Assembly (NCBI GenBank): GCA_951406725.2
Contig: OX597827.1
Location: forward strand, 65,534,001-65,598,000
Direction: 5' to 3'
Length of the DNA: 64,000 bases
Source: Octopus vulgaris
Lineage: Eukaryota
Shown: in pieces, positions 51,833 to 64,000 of the stretch
Layout of the letters: every line of letters begins with the position of its first letter
How positions within the stretch are numbered: the stretch's first letter is position 1
Position numbers and translations under genes: made by a program
Notes under the pieces: generated by a model
Database searches by the model: none
Seen by the model: only the letters and a program-made list of their open reading frames with translations
What the model was told of the DNA's origin: nothing

Positions 51833-51999
51833 GTATATATATATGCATATATATAGTCATGGTACAATCTGTTAAGAACGTGGTAGAATAGAGTATCAGG
51901 CGCGTCCACCTTCAGCTTTCGCCCTGTGCTATCCAGTATTATACGTACCTCCAGGTTTACGTTTGGACATCTGTCATATATGACAAAATAATTTCAATG

Positions 52000-52056
<57 letters not shown>

Positions 52057-52664
52057 TGATCCTTTATATTTTATATCATAAATGTATAATAGTAGTCATT
52101 TACAGTACATAGTTTATTGTCATATTTGTATTTCGAGACAATGAAGAACATATATCCCGTGTACATAATCCAAATGTTCGCCATCATCATTCCACTGAAT
52201 CTCTGAGTTAGGAAGATGTGTTTGCAGCTTCCCTTCTTTAGCTTCTGATGTATTCCACGCCCTCTTTTCATTCTTGCAATATTTTCCCATCTCTTTAATT
52301 CAGTTTTGCTTATGGAAAACGATAATGCCTTTTGCTTGTCAATTTCGTTTAGAAATTAATCATTTTGTCATGCCTTCGGGCAGATGTCTTCTAAGAGGAA
52401 ACTGATTTATCAAGAAACTTTATTATGTGAGTATGTGCGTCTGTATGCGTGTGCGCATGCCACCGTTAGAGTTTGTGTGTGTGTGTTTATTTATGTAGGT
52501 GCGTTAGTAAATTTTTTCTCATTTTTGACACGTGGGACATGCTATTGATTTAGAATATTTTATACTTATTATTTCTTTTCTCCTTTACACTTCCAATAGC
52601 TCACAGTACTATTCGATTAATTAATTAACTTTTATCATTATTACTACAATTATTATTATTATTA

Positions 52665-52710
<46 letters not shown>

Positions 52711-53016
52711 CATCATCAACATCATCATTATTATTATTTCTTTCTGTTGGTATAATATATTTATGAAATTCATGTTCTTATATATATATAATAAATAAAG
52801 AATACACATTTTCATTTCTTGATAATTTCACATGTACATCATATTATACAGATGCATGCACCTTCCTTTAAACGCGCGTCCCACACAAGTACACACATAT
52901 ACGTACAGGTGCTACAATGGTGTATTTAATATTAGCAGAGGTGAAACTACATCTACAATATTTAAATATACTTAATTTCTTTAACAGTGTGTATATATAT
53001 ATATATGTATGTATAT

Positions 53017-53309
53017 GTGGAGGGGCAATGACCCAGTGGTTAGGGCAGCGGACTCGCGGTTTCGTTCTCTGTGTTTATTGAGAGAAAATACCTAAAGCTC
53101 CACGAGGCTCCGGCGGGAGGTAGTGGCGACCCCTGCTGTACTCTTTCACCACAAATTTCTCCCACTCTTTCTTCTGTTGGCCTGCTGGCTTAGCCAGCGA
53201 AGTGGCGTTATTTGAAGGCTAAAACAATGCGAAGCGCATTGTGACTAGCGATGTGTAGCAATATATGATATATCCTGATATCCTGGCAGGTCACGGACTT
53301 CACGGTGAT
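53017..53309 (+). mobile_element. SINE C, tail type 2, internally deleted
   Basis: GTGGAGGGGCAATGACCCAGTGGTTAGGGCAGCGGACTCGCGG..TTTGAAGGCTAAAACAATGCGAAGCGC..GGTCACGG..TCACGGTGA. Confidence 0.88.
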
Positions 53310-53777
53310 GCCGGCCTCCAAAAAGCAGTTTGACCTCGATTTATTCCAACGGACTTTTTCGTCGGCCTCCACCCCCCTGACGTCAACGCACATTGAGAGA
53401 CAGTTTTGTACCATTCCATGGGCTCCTAGGGAGCGTTTTGTTCGAATTGCTTGCTGCGCATTTGTTTGGAGATTTATATTCCTGGATTTTCCTGAAGAGA
53501 AAGCTGCAAAATGTTCTCCTTATTCAATCCGAATTTGGAAATTTGCGGCCTTTGAAACATGTGTAGAAAATAATAAAAGGAATTCTGTAGAATCTTCGTT
53601 CAGCTCCATTTCTTCCCTTCACTAAATATATTAAACTTCAATTATCCGCGCTAAGGCACGGTTGCGACACCCCATGGTCGTAACTTCAACCGTGTTTTTT
53701 CTGTTGTGATTTTTGCTACCCAGGTATCGGTTAAATTTTGAATAATCCGTGACAAGATAATTCATTTATCCATTTCA

Positions 53778-53823
<46 letters not shown>

Positions 53824-54929
53824 ATGTATGCACGTACGTATGTACGTATGTATGCATGCACCTATGTAATATGTATGTATTTATGTACGTACGTATGTAT
53901 GTGTATCCATACACACACATTGCTCACAATATTAAGTATTGTGGAGAATGGCAGTTTTAATTTTATTATTCGTGGACTGTATGTCTTACTTACTAGATGT
54001 ATAAATACTATAGTGTGCTATATCTGACGTATGTATTTAAATCATGAACAGTTTCTAGCGCATAATTTTAACTTACAAATGTCTTGTATCGATTGCATTG
54101 AGACTATGAATTGTCGTAAAGCGTAAGTGTATATATATCAAACTGTTATTACATGCAGATGATCGGCCCGTTTTTGAAATATGTTGATGTTTATATAAAT
54201 GTTTAAAAGCTTTTTTTCTAAATAAAGTTTTCAGTTGTAAATCTAATTTAATTAATTTTGAAATATGAGGAAAACTTTTATGGAATGAAATTTTATGAAA
54301 AAAAAAAAATGGTATTTTTATAATTTAAACTATCACAAATTTACTACAAAAACATTTCAAGTTTTGAAATGTCTTTCAAAGTATAAACGAAGAATTTCTA
54401 ATTTATAGCATTTTCTGCACAAAAGACCCTTGAAAATATAATTTTTATCAAGGAACTTCTGATACACATAAGTATCGTATCTCAAGTTCTGCAAATATGA
54501 ATGTTCACACGCTGTGTGCTGGTTCTATGCACGTTACGGTATAGCCTTCAGTAACTAGAACCAATTAATTAAAACGCAAATTAACTAACTTATTATTTCA
54601 GTTCTATCTCCCCCTCTCTCTCGCACACAAACGCACACACTCACTCACACACGCTAGACACACGCAAATCTTTTAAATATCCACTTTGGTAGCATTCCTT
54701 AATAAATCTTCTATACCGTACGTTTACCATATTGGGATTAAATTAGAATATTGCCCCTGTCAATAACGATCTGTTTCAATAGACCATGCGTCTAGTACAA
54801 GAGCAGGCATCTTTTCTTCACGATTCCGCTTCTTGTTTCTTTGGTCTTACAGAAAAAATTAGTAAACTAATGTCTTTTTTGCTTCATAATAAATCTTCAT
54901 AATTTAAAAAAGAATATTCTATAAACATA

Positions 54930-55305
54930 TATTTCTTTTATGCCAACAAGGGACTAAACATAGAGGTGACAAACAAGGACAAACAAAGGGATTAAGTCGA
55001 TTACATCGACCCCAATGCGTAACTGGTACGTAATTTATTGATCCCGAAAGGATGAAAGGCAAAGTCGACCTCAGCGGAATTCGAACTCAAATCGTAAAGA
55101 CAGACGAAATACCTATTTCTTTACTACCCACAAGGGGCTAAAAACAGAGAGAACAAACAAGGACAGACAAACGGGTTACGTCGATTATATCGACCCCAGT
55201 GCGTAATTGGTACTTATTAATCAACCCCAAATGGATGAATGGCAAAGTTGACCTCGGCGGAATTTTAACTCAGAGCGTAGCGTCAGACGAAATACCTATT
55301 TCTTT
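54930..55305 (-). mobile_element. SINE A headless multimer (two body units plus a junction)
   Basis: Two cores and two GAAATACCTATTTC junctions (about 55107 and 55289). Confidence 0.9.
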
Positions 55306-55542
55306 GAATTTTATCTTCAAAAGAATGAAGAGCAAGCCCTCTTCTATGATGCTCTGAATTTTGGTCAACTTGCGCCGCAGGGTCTCGGAGGAGTTAGTGT
55401 TAGTTGAAGTCTACCAAGCCTGCCACACACAGACAACTTCAGCTTTATATATAGAGATTTAAAAATGATGCTAATATTGGAGGCGCAAGCAGACGCTTCG
55501 CTTACACACCACATATTTATTCATTGCGACATGTCTTTGTCA

Positions 55543-55966
55543 AAATACCTATTTCTTTACTACCCACAAGGGGCTAGACACAGAAGGGACAAACAAGGAC
55601 AGACAAACGGATTAAGTCGATTACATCGACCCCAGTGCGTAACTTGTACTTAATTTATCGACACCGAAAGGATGAAAGGCAAAGTCGACCTTGGCGGGAT
55701 TTGAACTCAGAAAGTAGTGGCAGACGAAATACCTATTTCATTACTACCCACAAGAGGCTGTACACAGAGAAGACAAACCAGGGCAGACAAACGGATTAAG
55801 TCGATTACATTGACCCCAGTGCGTAACTTGTACTTAATTTATCGACCCCGAAAGGATGAAAGGTAAAGTCGACCTCGGCGGAATTTGAACTCAGAACGTA
55901 GTGGCAGACGAAATACCGCTAAGCATTTCGCCCGGCGTGCTAACGTTTCTGCCAGCTCACCACCTT
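55543..55966 (-). mobile_element. SINE A dimer with head and the start of a third unit
   Basis: Shares private variants with 7313-7730; junction motif at about 55727 and 55543. Confidence 0.92.
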
Positions 55967-56898
55967 TAGCAGCTTTAATATTGTAAGAATTACATGTATA
56001 GATATATGCATATATTGCGTATGTATATAGATTAAGAATGCTATACAGGCAGGTAAACGTACACATAAACACACATACACACGCACATAAAATTATACAT
56101 ATGTTCATATGCACCATGATTTAGAAGCATCTTATTAGTTAACCGAAATTATATCACTTTTACTAAAAACACAACTATTAAAATTTAAAATTATGTGGAA
56201 ACTTCTTATAGATTTCAGTTTAATACATTATTTAAAATGGTGTTAATATTGGAGATTCAAGCAGACACTTTGTTCATTCACAATATATTTATTCATTGCG
56301 ATATGTCTCTGTTAATCGTTCTCTCTCTACCTCTCCATTCAACTGTTTATATTTAAATATTTTAATGCACTGCACTGCCGAATTGCTTACCAGCTCTGTC
56401 TCTAACTCACGATCACTTTCTCCCGCTCTATTCAATTGTTTTTCACAAAAAAAAACGAGATTACAAAGATTCGTTTGAAATATTTTTAGAATATTTTTTT
56501 GAAATTACTTATACGCTTTATTTAGTTATACAAAAATGGGTCAACCATGCTGATATTTATAAAGAACGGCCTGAATTATTTTGTCTAAATCAAATTTGTG
56601 TTTTGTTGTTCTCTGTTGAGTTTCGCTGTTTTCAATGTCGTCTACACTTGTAATTTTACTTTTTTCTCCCGCAAACTATGTTCATAAGGATTTTCTCTCT
56701 TTTGTCTCCCAAAAAACTTCGTTCATAACGCTTGCAATAACATTTCATTAAATACTTATGACTGAAGTCTCCCTCCAGCACATCCCTCCAAATTGAATTT
56801 GTTGTCGCTTTCGCGTTCCATTTTGTCTTAGTCATAAAAAAAATTATCACTCAAAACTACTATCAGATATCGTTTGATATCTGGCAAATAAAGAATAA

Positions 56899-56970
<72 letters not shown>

Positions 56971-57644
56971 TTTATACATAAAACTATATATAGACACAAA
57001 AAATATATATATGTACATATATATATAATATACTAATAATATGATCTAAATATTTGACACCTTCGTAAATTTATCAAAGATAAATATACAATAGTGCTAA
57101 ATTTCTCACCTTTTGTATTTTCTTAGTCCACCACCTATTTTTTCTACTCTAGGCACAAGGAGCGAAATTTTGGGGAAGAGGGCTATTCGATTAGATCGAC
57201 TCCAGTATGCAAGTGCTACTTAATTTTGGGCCAGGAAAGGATTAATGGCAAAGTCGGCCGCGGCGGAAGTTAATAATCATAACGTAACGACAGACTTCTA
57301 AGCATTTCGCCCGGCGTGCTAACGTTTCTTCCAGCTCAACGCCTAACAAGTCCATCACATACTGATCCAACAAATAAGCTTGATTACGAGCCACTGTAAT
57401 ACCAATGGAAACGAAATGTGCATAAGCTCTTACAAATGTATAACTCTTCATTCTTTTTCATTTTCTACTAAACTGTTAGAATCCGCGGTGTAATAATTCA
57501 GGGTATGAACATAATATTTCCAAATTGGTCAGGTTGCGGACACTTTAGCTAGCCGAGTTTGAATCCTACAGAATGCTTTTCCATATGCTAGACCACTGGT
57601 TTTAAATTGATACTAACCAAATTAATATTCAAATTTTTACCCTT

Positions 57645-57721
<77 letters not shown>

Positions 57722-57727
<6 letters not shown>

Positions 57728-58110
57728 GGAGAGTTTACGAAAAAAAAGACGAAGATAGGTGGTGTACAAAACGAACAGATGTATTAGTATAACGCTCAGG
57801 AATAGAAAAAGTCTTTTTACGTTTCGAGCCTACGCTCTTCTATAGAAAGGGACACAGAAAAAAACAAGGAGAGAAATAAAGAGAGAAAAAGTGTGTAGTG
57901 AGTAACGATCTATCATGGCGACTAGTGCCGGACAGAAGGGTGAAACACAGGAAGGAAAGTAGGGGAGATAACAAGGTAAAGATGACCCCCAACACAAAGG
58001 AGCGTGTGTGTATAAGAGAGTATGTATGTGCGTGTGAAAGAGGGCTGGTGGTCTGGACATGTGCGTGTATGTATGTGTAGGTGTGAAGATGTGGGGATGG
58101 CTTATATATA
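57722..58110 (-). mobile_element. Penelope-like 3' terminal (pseudo-LTR) fragment in (TA)n
   Basis: Shares GTCCAGACC, TTTCTCTCCTT..TTTCTGTGT, TAGGCTCGAAACGT.AAAGACTT and TTCCTGAGCG..ATACTAATACA..TGTTCGT with 16960-17390. Confidence 0.85.
57811..57853 (-). ncRNA. Minimal type-I hammerhead-like ribozyme, variant core
   Basis: GTCCCTTT-CTATAGA-A-GAGC(GTAG)GCTC-GAAA-CG-TA-AAAAGAC: stem I, stem II, loopless palindromic ACGT stem III and a GUA triplet; the core deviates from CUGANGA. Confidence 0.6.
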
Positions 58111-59113
58111 TATATAAGCCCCAATACATGGATTCAAGCAATCCGGTGGTACTCATAAAAACGCCCCTTAATATATCATTCTAGAAAACATAATGCATAT
58201 ATAATACGATACAAGAGAAAACAGTGCGCAGTGTATAGAATCACATTTAACAGAGAAATAGTTTGATGGAATTTTATATAGCAATTGTAAGATCATGGCA
58301 TATTGTCATGATATTAGAATTTTCGTATTGTTAAATAAAATTTTATGTAAACATTTCTCTGTCACTTGTGACTACATATACACGAATAGAAATACATACA
58401 TATACACACACCCATACATGCTCATTCACCTCGGCTGAGACACACACGTGCACTCACAGACACGCTCACACACACAGGCATACACACACACACACATATA
58501 TATGTGTGTGTATTTGGTAATTAGATACGTACAGATTCTATATATGACTGAACAAATACAAATATAGAAAAATTTAAATGCAAGCACACGTATAATTATA
58601 TATACGTATAGTCTTACGGATCTGCATAAAAATTCATATATATATATATATACACACACATAGACTTATATACGCATACGCACACAAATATACACACACA
58701 TACAGACATAATAGTATACGACAGAGTCGTATCTAGATCCTCTGTCAGCATTTTTGCTATAAATACTGGATAGTAGATTGTATAGAACTGGACAATTTTC
58801 CTTAAATGAAGCTATTCATGCTGTCTGATTTTCCAGGTATAATAAACTCATTATGGAACATAGAGTGTTGCTTTGTATGTATGTGTATGTATGCTAAGCT
58901 CATCATTCTCTATATACAAAAGCTATAGATAATGGAATCTTTTAAGTACAAATTGCATTGCTGTTTATCTTGTCTGATGAGATGTACACTTTATATTTAC
59001 ATACAGATTTACATTCACGGAAAATTTTATTCTACCATGTATTGTCGAAACACATACGACTAAAGAATAAACATAATACTAAAAATTCCATTCTCAAACT
59101 TTATATGTATATA

Positions 59114-59177
<64 letters not shown>

Positions 59178-59245
59178 GGTCCCGGGTTGATTCGGGGTTA
59201 ACCACAGTAAATAAGGTACTCAATACATAGCAGAGTACAATTAAT

Positions 59246-59303
59246 AGAACTGTTTCATTCAAGAGAAATCTTCCTGAAGATTTCTCTTGAATGAAACAGT
59301 TCT
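59246..59303. repeat. Perfect 28-bp inverted repeat with a 2-nt spacer
   Basis: AGAACTGTTTCATTCAAGAGAAATCTTC-CT-GAAGATTTCTCTTGAATGAAACAGTTCT. Confidence 0.97.
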
Positions 59304-59327
59304 CGTCCTGTAGAAGCTCCTTCTATA

Positions 59328-59403
<76 letters not shown>

Positions 59404-60064
59404 GAAATAATTTTATTCTCAAGCGCAGGATAATGCTAATAACATATATAGCATGAACAGAATAAACTACGGATATTTTGCAGACAAATGTGTCACCGGT
59501 CATCCTTGTGATTACGCGTCCAGTGTTTTACCTTTAAGCTAAAGTGACCGAACGAAATATTCTTCTACCAGCTTAGAATATATAAATCTTGTTTTATAAG
59601 ACGCTATCGTACGTTAAATTTAAATTACGATGAAAGTAAACAAAGATTGCTTTAGAAGTGTTGAGATGTATTGAAAGATAAGGAAATAATTTTATTCTCA
59701 AAGGCAGTATAATGCTAATAATATAGCATGAACAGGATAAACTTCTCATAATTTTGTGTGGACGTGTGTATGATCTGTTTTATGTATCTTAATTGCGTGT
59801 ACCAGTCAGATAATACTAATTCGACATCAGCTACCTTATCTAGATATATAGAAATATACGTACCGTTGCACTATTCTGGATCTTGGAGATTCCATGCATG
59901 GCAATACAAATCAAATTAAATCAATGACAACCAGCATTGTGACGAATATGTTTTAGACGGTAAAATCCTTGTAACCATTCATACGTAACGTGTTTGTATA
60001 ATTTTCGTTTTGTAGTTTGCTGTTCATAAAGTTTCTTTTTCTTTAGTGTGTAATTCTCTCTCTC

Positions 60065-60096
<32 letters not shown>

Positions 60097-60149
60097 CCTC
60101 TCTCTCTCTATATATATATACATATATATATAAATTAAATATAAAATAT

Positions 60150-60270
60150 AAATTAGAAAGTGGGACAAGAACGCAAAAACACACAAAGAGACGACACAAA
60201 AAAAAACAGACGGGTCACTCGAAGCCTCTAATCTTCAGTCGGAACCCGATCATCTTAGCAATTTCGGGAG
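60150..60270 (-). mobile_element. Second copy of the 1235-1450 repeat
   Basis: Minus strand CCCGAAATTGCTAAGATGATCGGGTTCCGACTGAAGATTAGAGGCTTCGAGTGACCCGTCTG. Confidence 0.7.
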
Positions 60271-60326
60271 TTTTCTCTTATGAAGTTTTTCACCCTAAAT
60301 TCTTAAAAAGATTTTATCCTATTTTC

Positions 60327-60362
<36 letters not shown>

Positions 60363-60959
60363 CTGAAAATAGGATAAAATCTTCATAAGACAAAAATCCA
60401 TCAATTATTCTTCTTTAATATATTTATTTATATTCATGGCATTACTATACATAAATAAATCCTTGTGTCGATTTGTTCGACTAAAGGCGGTTTTCCACCA
60501 TGGCCGCAATCAAATGACTGAAACAAGTAAAAGAATAAAATAATATATATATTTCTTAATATCTAGTTTCAGCTCACGAGTTGTGGCCATGTTGGGGCAC
60601 CGCCATATATGTGTATGCTCATATATATATATGTACGTGATTATATATACGTACATACATATAACTATATACGACAGCTTGGCTGATAGTTAATGACTGG
60701 ACAAAAGGTGATAACGTGTTTAAAACACTATTTACATAAGCAATTTTAAAGAAACAGAAATATTTAGGTTTCCTAATTTTTGCTTTACTCTCTATCGACA
60801 TTTACGTCTCTAGTTCCCGAAATTTAGAGCAAGATTATATTGAATTTTAAGGGCATAACCCGGAGCTATGCTCACAGCGATATCTGAGAATTACAGGAAA
60901 TAGCATACATTGTATGTATGTGCATTTATGTATGTTTGTGTTTGCAAATGTATGTATGG

Positions 60960-61002
<43 letters not shown>

Positions 61003-61649
61003 TATGTATGTGTGTGTGTGTGTGTGTGTGTACGTGTATATGTATATATATATATACATATATATATGTATATATATGTGTGTGTGTATGTGTGTGTCTG
61101 TAAAAATAGGGAGATATGTATATATATATGTATGTGTGTGTGTATTATATATATATATAGCTTTTATGAATCTCTTGTTGCCTGTTTGGATTTTAACCTT
61201 ATAAGCTTCCAAAATAAACAATTAGATTAAAGACATCGAGCGTTGCACAAAATCCGAAAAAAGCCAACGCACTAGTTGTCCCAAAAATATTACTTTAACT
61301 TGTGTTCTTCTTCCTTTTCTTCTTCTTCTTCTCCTTCTTCTCGTTCTCGTTCTTCTTCTCCTTCCTCTCCTTCTTCTTCTTCTTCTTCTTCTTCTTCTTC
61401 TTCTTCTTCTTCTTCTTCTTCTTCTTCTTCTTCTTCTTCTTCTAGTTCTTGTTGTTTTTGTTATCGTTGTTCCCCTTCTCTATTCCTCCTCCCCTCTTCC
61501 TACCTATTTCTTCTTCTGCTGACCACCCTTCTCTTTCTCCTCATTTTTCTTATCTCCTCTTTCTGCTGACCTTCCTTCTATTTCCTGCTGACCCGCCTTC
61601 TCCTCCTCCACCTCCTGCTCCTCCACCTCCTGCTCCCCCCCTCCTCATT

Positions 61650-61698
<49 letters not shown>

Positions 61699-62659
61699 CT
61701 CTTCTTCTTCTTCTTCTTCTTTCTTTATTTCTTTCTTTCTTTCTTTCTTTATCTCCCTCCTTCCCCACTTCTCTCTTTTCCTCCTCATTTCTTTGAATAT
61801 AGACACTCGCATACGCTGAACATTACGAAAATATATTGCAGAAAACATTTAAATCTCATGCTTCTGTTTTCCATACACAAATTCCATGCATTTCAGCAAT
61901 CTTCTTCCGCTTTAGTCAGTATCGATCTGTGATTTCAAGATCATATTTTATTTTGTCTAAACATCAATATACAACATTCCACTGAATTTTATTACTATTC
62001 CTATAAATCTCTTCATTTTAAGCATCCATAGGTCCTCATTACTAAGTGGATATTTCAAACGAATGTACGTATATATTATGCGACATCTTTATATTCCCAG
62101 TGTATAAGGTGAACGAACGAGAAAATCATATTAATTATCACGCATTAGAGCCCATAGGATTTCGTTATGTCAGTTATCTATATCATTGGGATGTTAATTT
62201 GGTCTTTCATGTTTGGATGATCGATAAACTAATTATCACTTGATAAATATGATCGATGCAATTTATCCTATTACGGAAAGTTTTTTGCGTAGATTGCATC
62301 CAGTAAAGTCATAGCAAAATTACGTGCACATTAAACAAAATCTTCAAAAAATGAGAGGAAATTTTATTATGCGTGATCAATTTTCTCGCTTTCTTAGTGA
62401 TATAGAGATATCTTTTGGAATTGTTTAACAGTTTACATGTGAAATTTCATGGTTAATCAGGGCCCATTTTTTTTTGAAGCATGATCACACTCAGTCACCT
62501 CAGGAGTATAGAGGCACAATTCTGATCTTAATATACTATGGTTCACTGTTAATATATAAGTACTATAGGGTCAGGTGCTCCCCCTTCGTTTTGTTTTTTG
62601 TTCTTGTTCTCGTTCTTGTTCTTGTTCTTTTTCTCCTCCTCCTCCTCCTCCTCCTCCTC

Positions 62660-62705
<46 letters not shown>

Positions 62706-63494
62706 GACTACGACTACTACTACTTCTTGTTCTAATTCTTCTTATTCTTTATCATCATCTCTTTCTTTTCTTCTTTTGCAACTCTTCTTCTTTCTCTTCT
62801 TTCTCCTCCTATTTTCTACTTCTTCTACTTCTGTTTCTTCTACTACCTCCTCCTTCTTCTACTTCTTTTTTCCTCCTCCTCCTGCCCCTTCTCCTCCCCT
62901 ACTTCATTTCATTTATTATTCAATCCTTTGATTGTGGCATGTCATTTTGAACTGGCCATTAGCTTTATCCATCGATGATACTTTTACTGTACACACACAC
63001 ACACACTGGTACAAAGACACACGCACACACACGCGCACACATGCACACGCAATTATACCCTTTACTTTTCTATATATTTCTTTCATCGACCTATCTCTAT
63101 CAAACGTCATACACCATCCTTTTCTGAGCTTCCGTCTCTCCAATATCTTGTTTGATGATTCATCTATTTACATTACTATTTACTCATAAATATCTCTCCG
63201 CTCTCCAAGTGATTGCCATCTTTTAGGAAATTTTCCAAATAACACACGCATATAATATAGTTTAATAACGTATCGAGTGCATTATTTTGTTGTTGTAATG
63301 ATCCTAATTAGGCCAAGCACCCGACTCACAACCGTCTCTTCTTTCATCGATAGTTTGATCTATATTATATAACACAAATTATAACATCAGCTATAACCAC
63401 ATACATATATATACTTTACCGTCAGATCTGAATTATGCTTTCTGTTTATAAATTAAATGTAAAACGAACTTACATGTATCCATCTATCTATCTT

Positions 63495-63552
<58 letters not shown>

Positions 63553-63555
63553 CAT

Positions 63556-63778
63556 CTTTCCCTTTTTACATTGACATTTCGTGATACACGATCCGTACTG
63601 ATCGGCCCCACTTTTTTTTTCACGATCCCTTTTGATCTGAATTCGACCTAATTTCTTTGTTTGTTTGTTTGTTTGTTTGTTTCTTTCTTTCTTGTTTTCC
63701 TTCTCTTCTTCCCAAAAAGAAAAGCTCTACTTTGTATTTTGTCCATTCTTTGTTTAGCCCTGCGTGCCCAATAAAGAA
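63556..63778 (+). mobile_element. Third Tx1-like LINE 3'UTR copy
   Basis: TGACATTTC.GTGATACACGAT..AAAAAGAAAAGCTCTACTTTGTATTTTGTCC..AGCCCTGCGTGCCCAATAAAGA; (ATCT)n upstream, (ATGT)n(ATCT)n downstream. Confidence 0.88.
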
Positions 63779-63914
63779 TTCTATGTATGTATGTATGTAT
63801 GTATGTATGTATGTATGTATGTATGTATGTATGTATGTATGTATGTATGTATGTATCTATCTATCTATCTATCTATCTAATCTATCTATCTCTATATATA
63901 TCTATCTATCTCTA

Positions 63915-63968
<54 letters not shown>

Positions 63969-64000
63969 ACTGTACTGCAAATAAGAATGTGGAGAGAAAG

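Noticed and set aside
52071-52310. Short protein-like open frames on the minus strand
   Set aside because: No recognisable motif or convincing splice pair.
53280-53625. Mariner transposase N-terminus on the minus strand
   Set aside because: The best-matching part overlaps the SINE C tail, and the remainder is too weak.

Overview
AT-rich, microsatellite-saturated eukaryotic DNA. The repeat content suggests an octopod cephalopod, but that is an inference from remembered SINE families and was not verified. No host protein-coding gene can be called with confidence; nearly all listed ORFs are translations of (TA)n, (ATCT)n, (CA)n, (TAA)n or (CTA)n repeats. The one long genuine ORF (15391-16893) is a 5'-truncated Penelope-like retroelement with RT, Cys linker and GIY-YIG domains (Neptune type). 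The window also holds a decayed near-full-length hAT (Buster/SPIN-like) transposon, Tx1/L1, R4/Dong and RTE LINE fragments, a solo LTR, Helitron-type and Tc1/mariner MITEs, and many copies of three tRNA-derived SINE families (called A, B and C here). Four observations stand out. (1) Several hammerhead-ribozyme-like motifs with variant cores, three of them at the centre of fold-back palindromes next to (TA)n. (2) SINE A is propagated as head+(body)n multimers with a fixed self-complementary junction, and its tail matches the Tx1 LINE 3' end. (3) SINE C carries three interchangeable 3' tails. (4) Different retroelement families appear to occupy different microsatellite types. Coordinates were read by eye and are approximate at degenerate ends.
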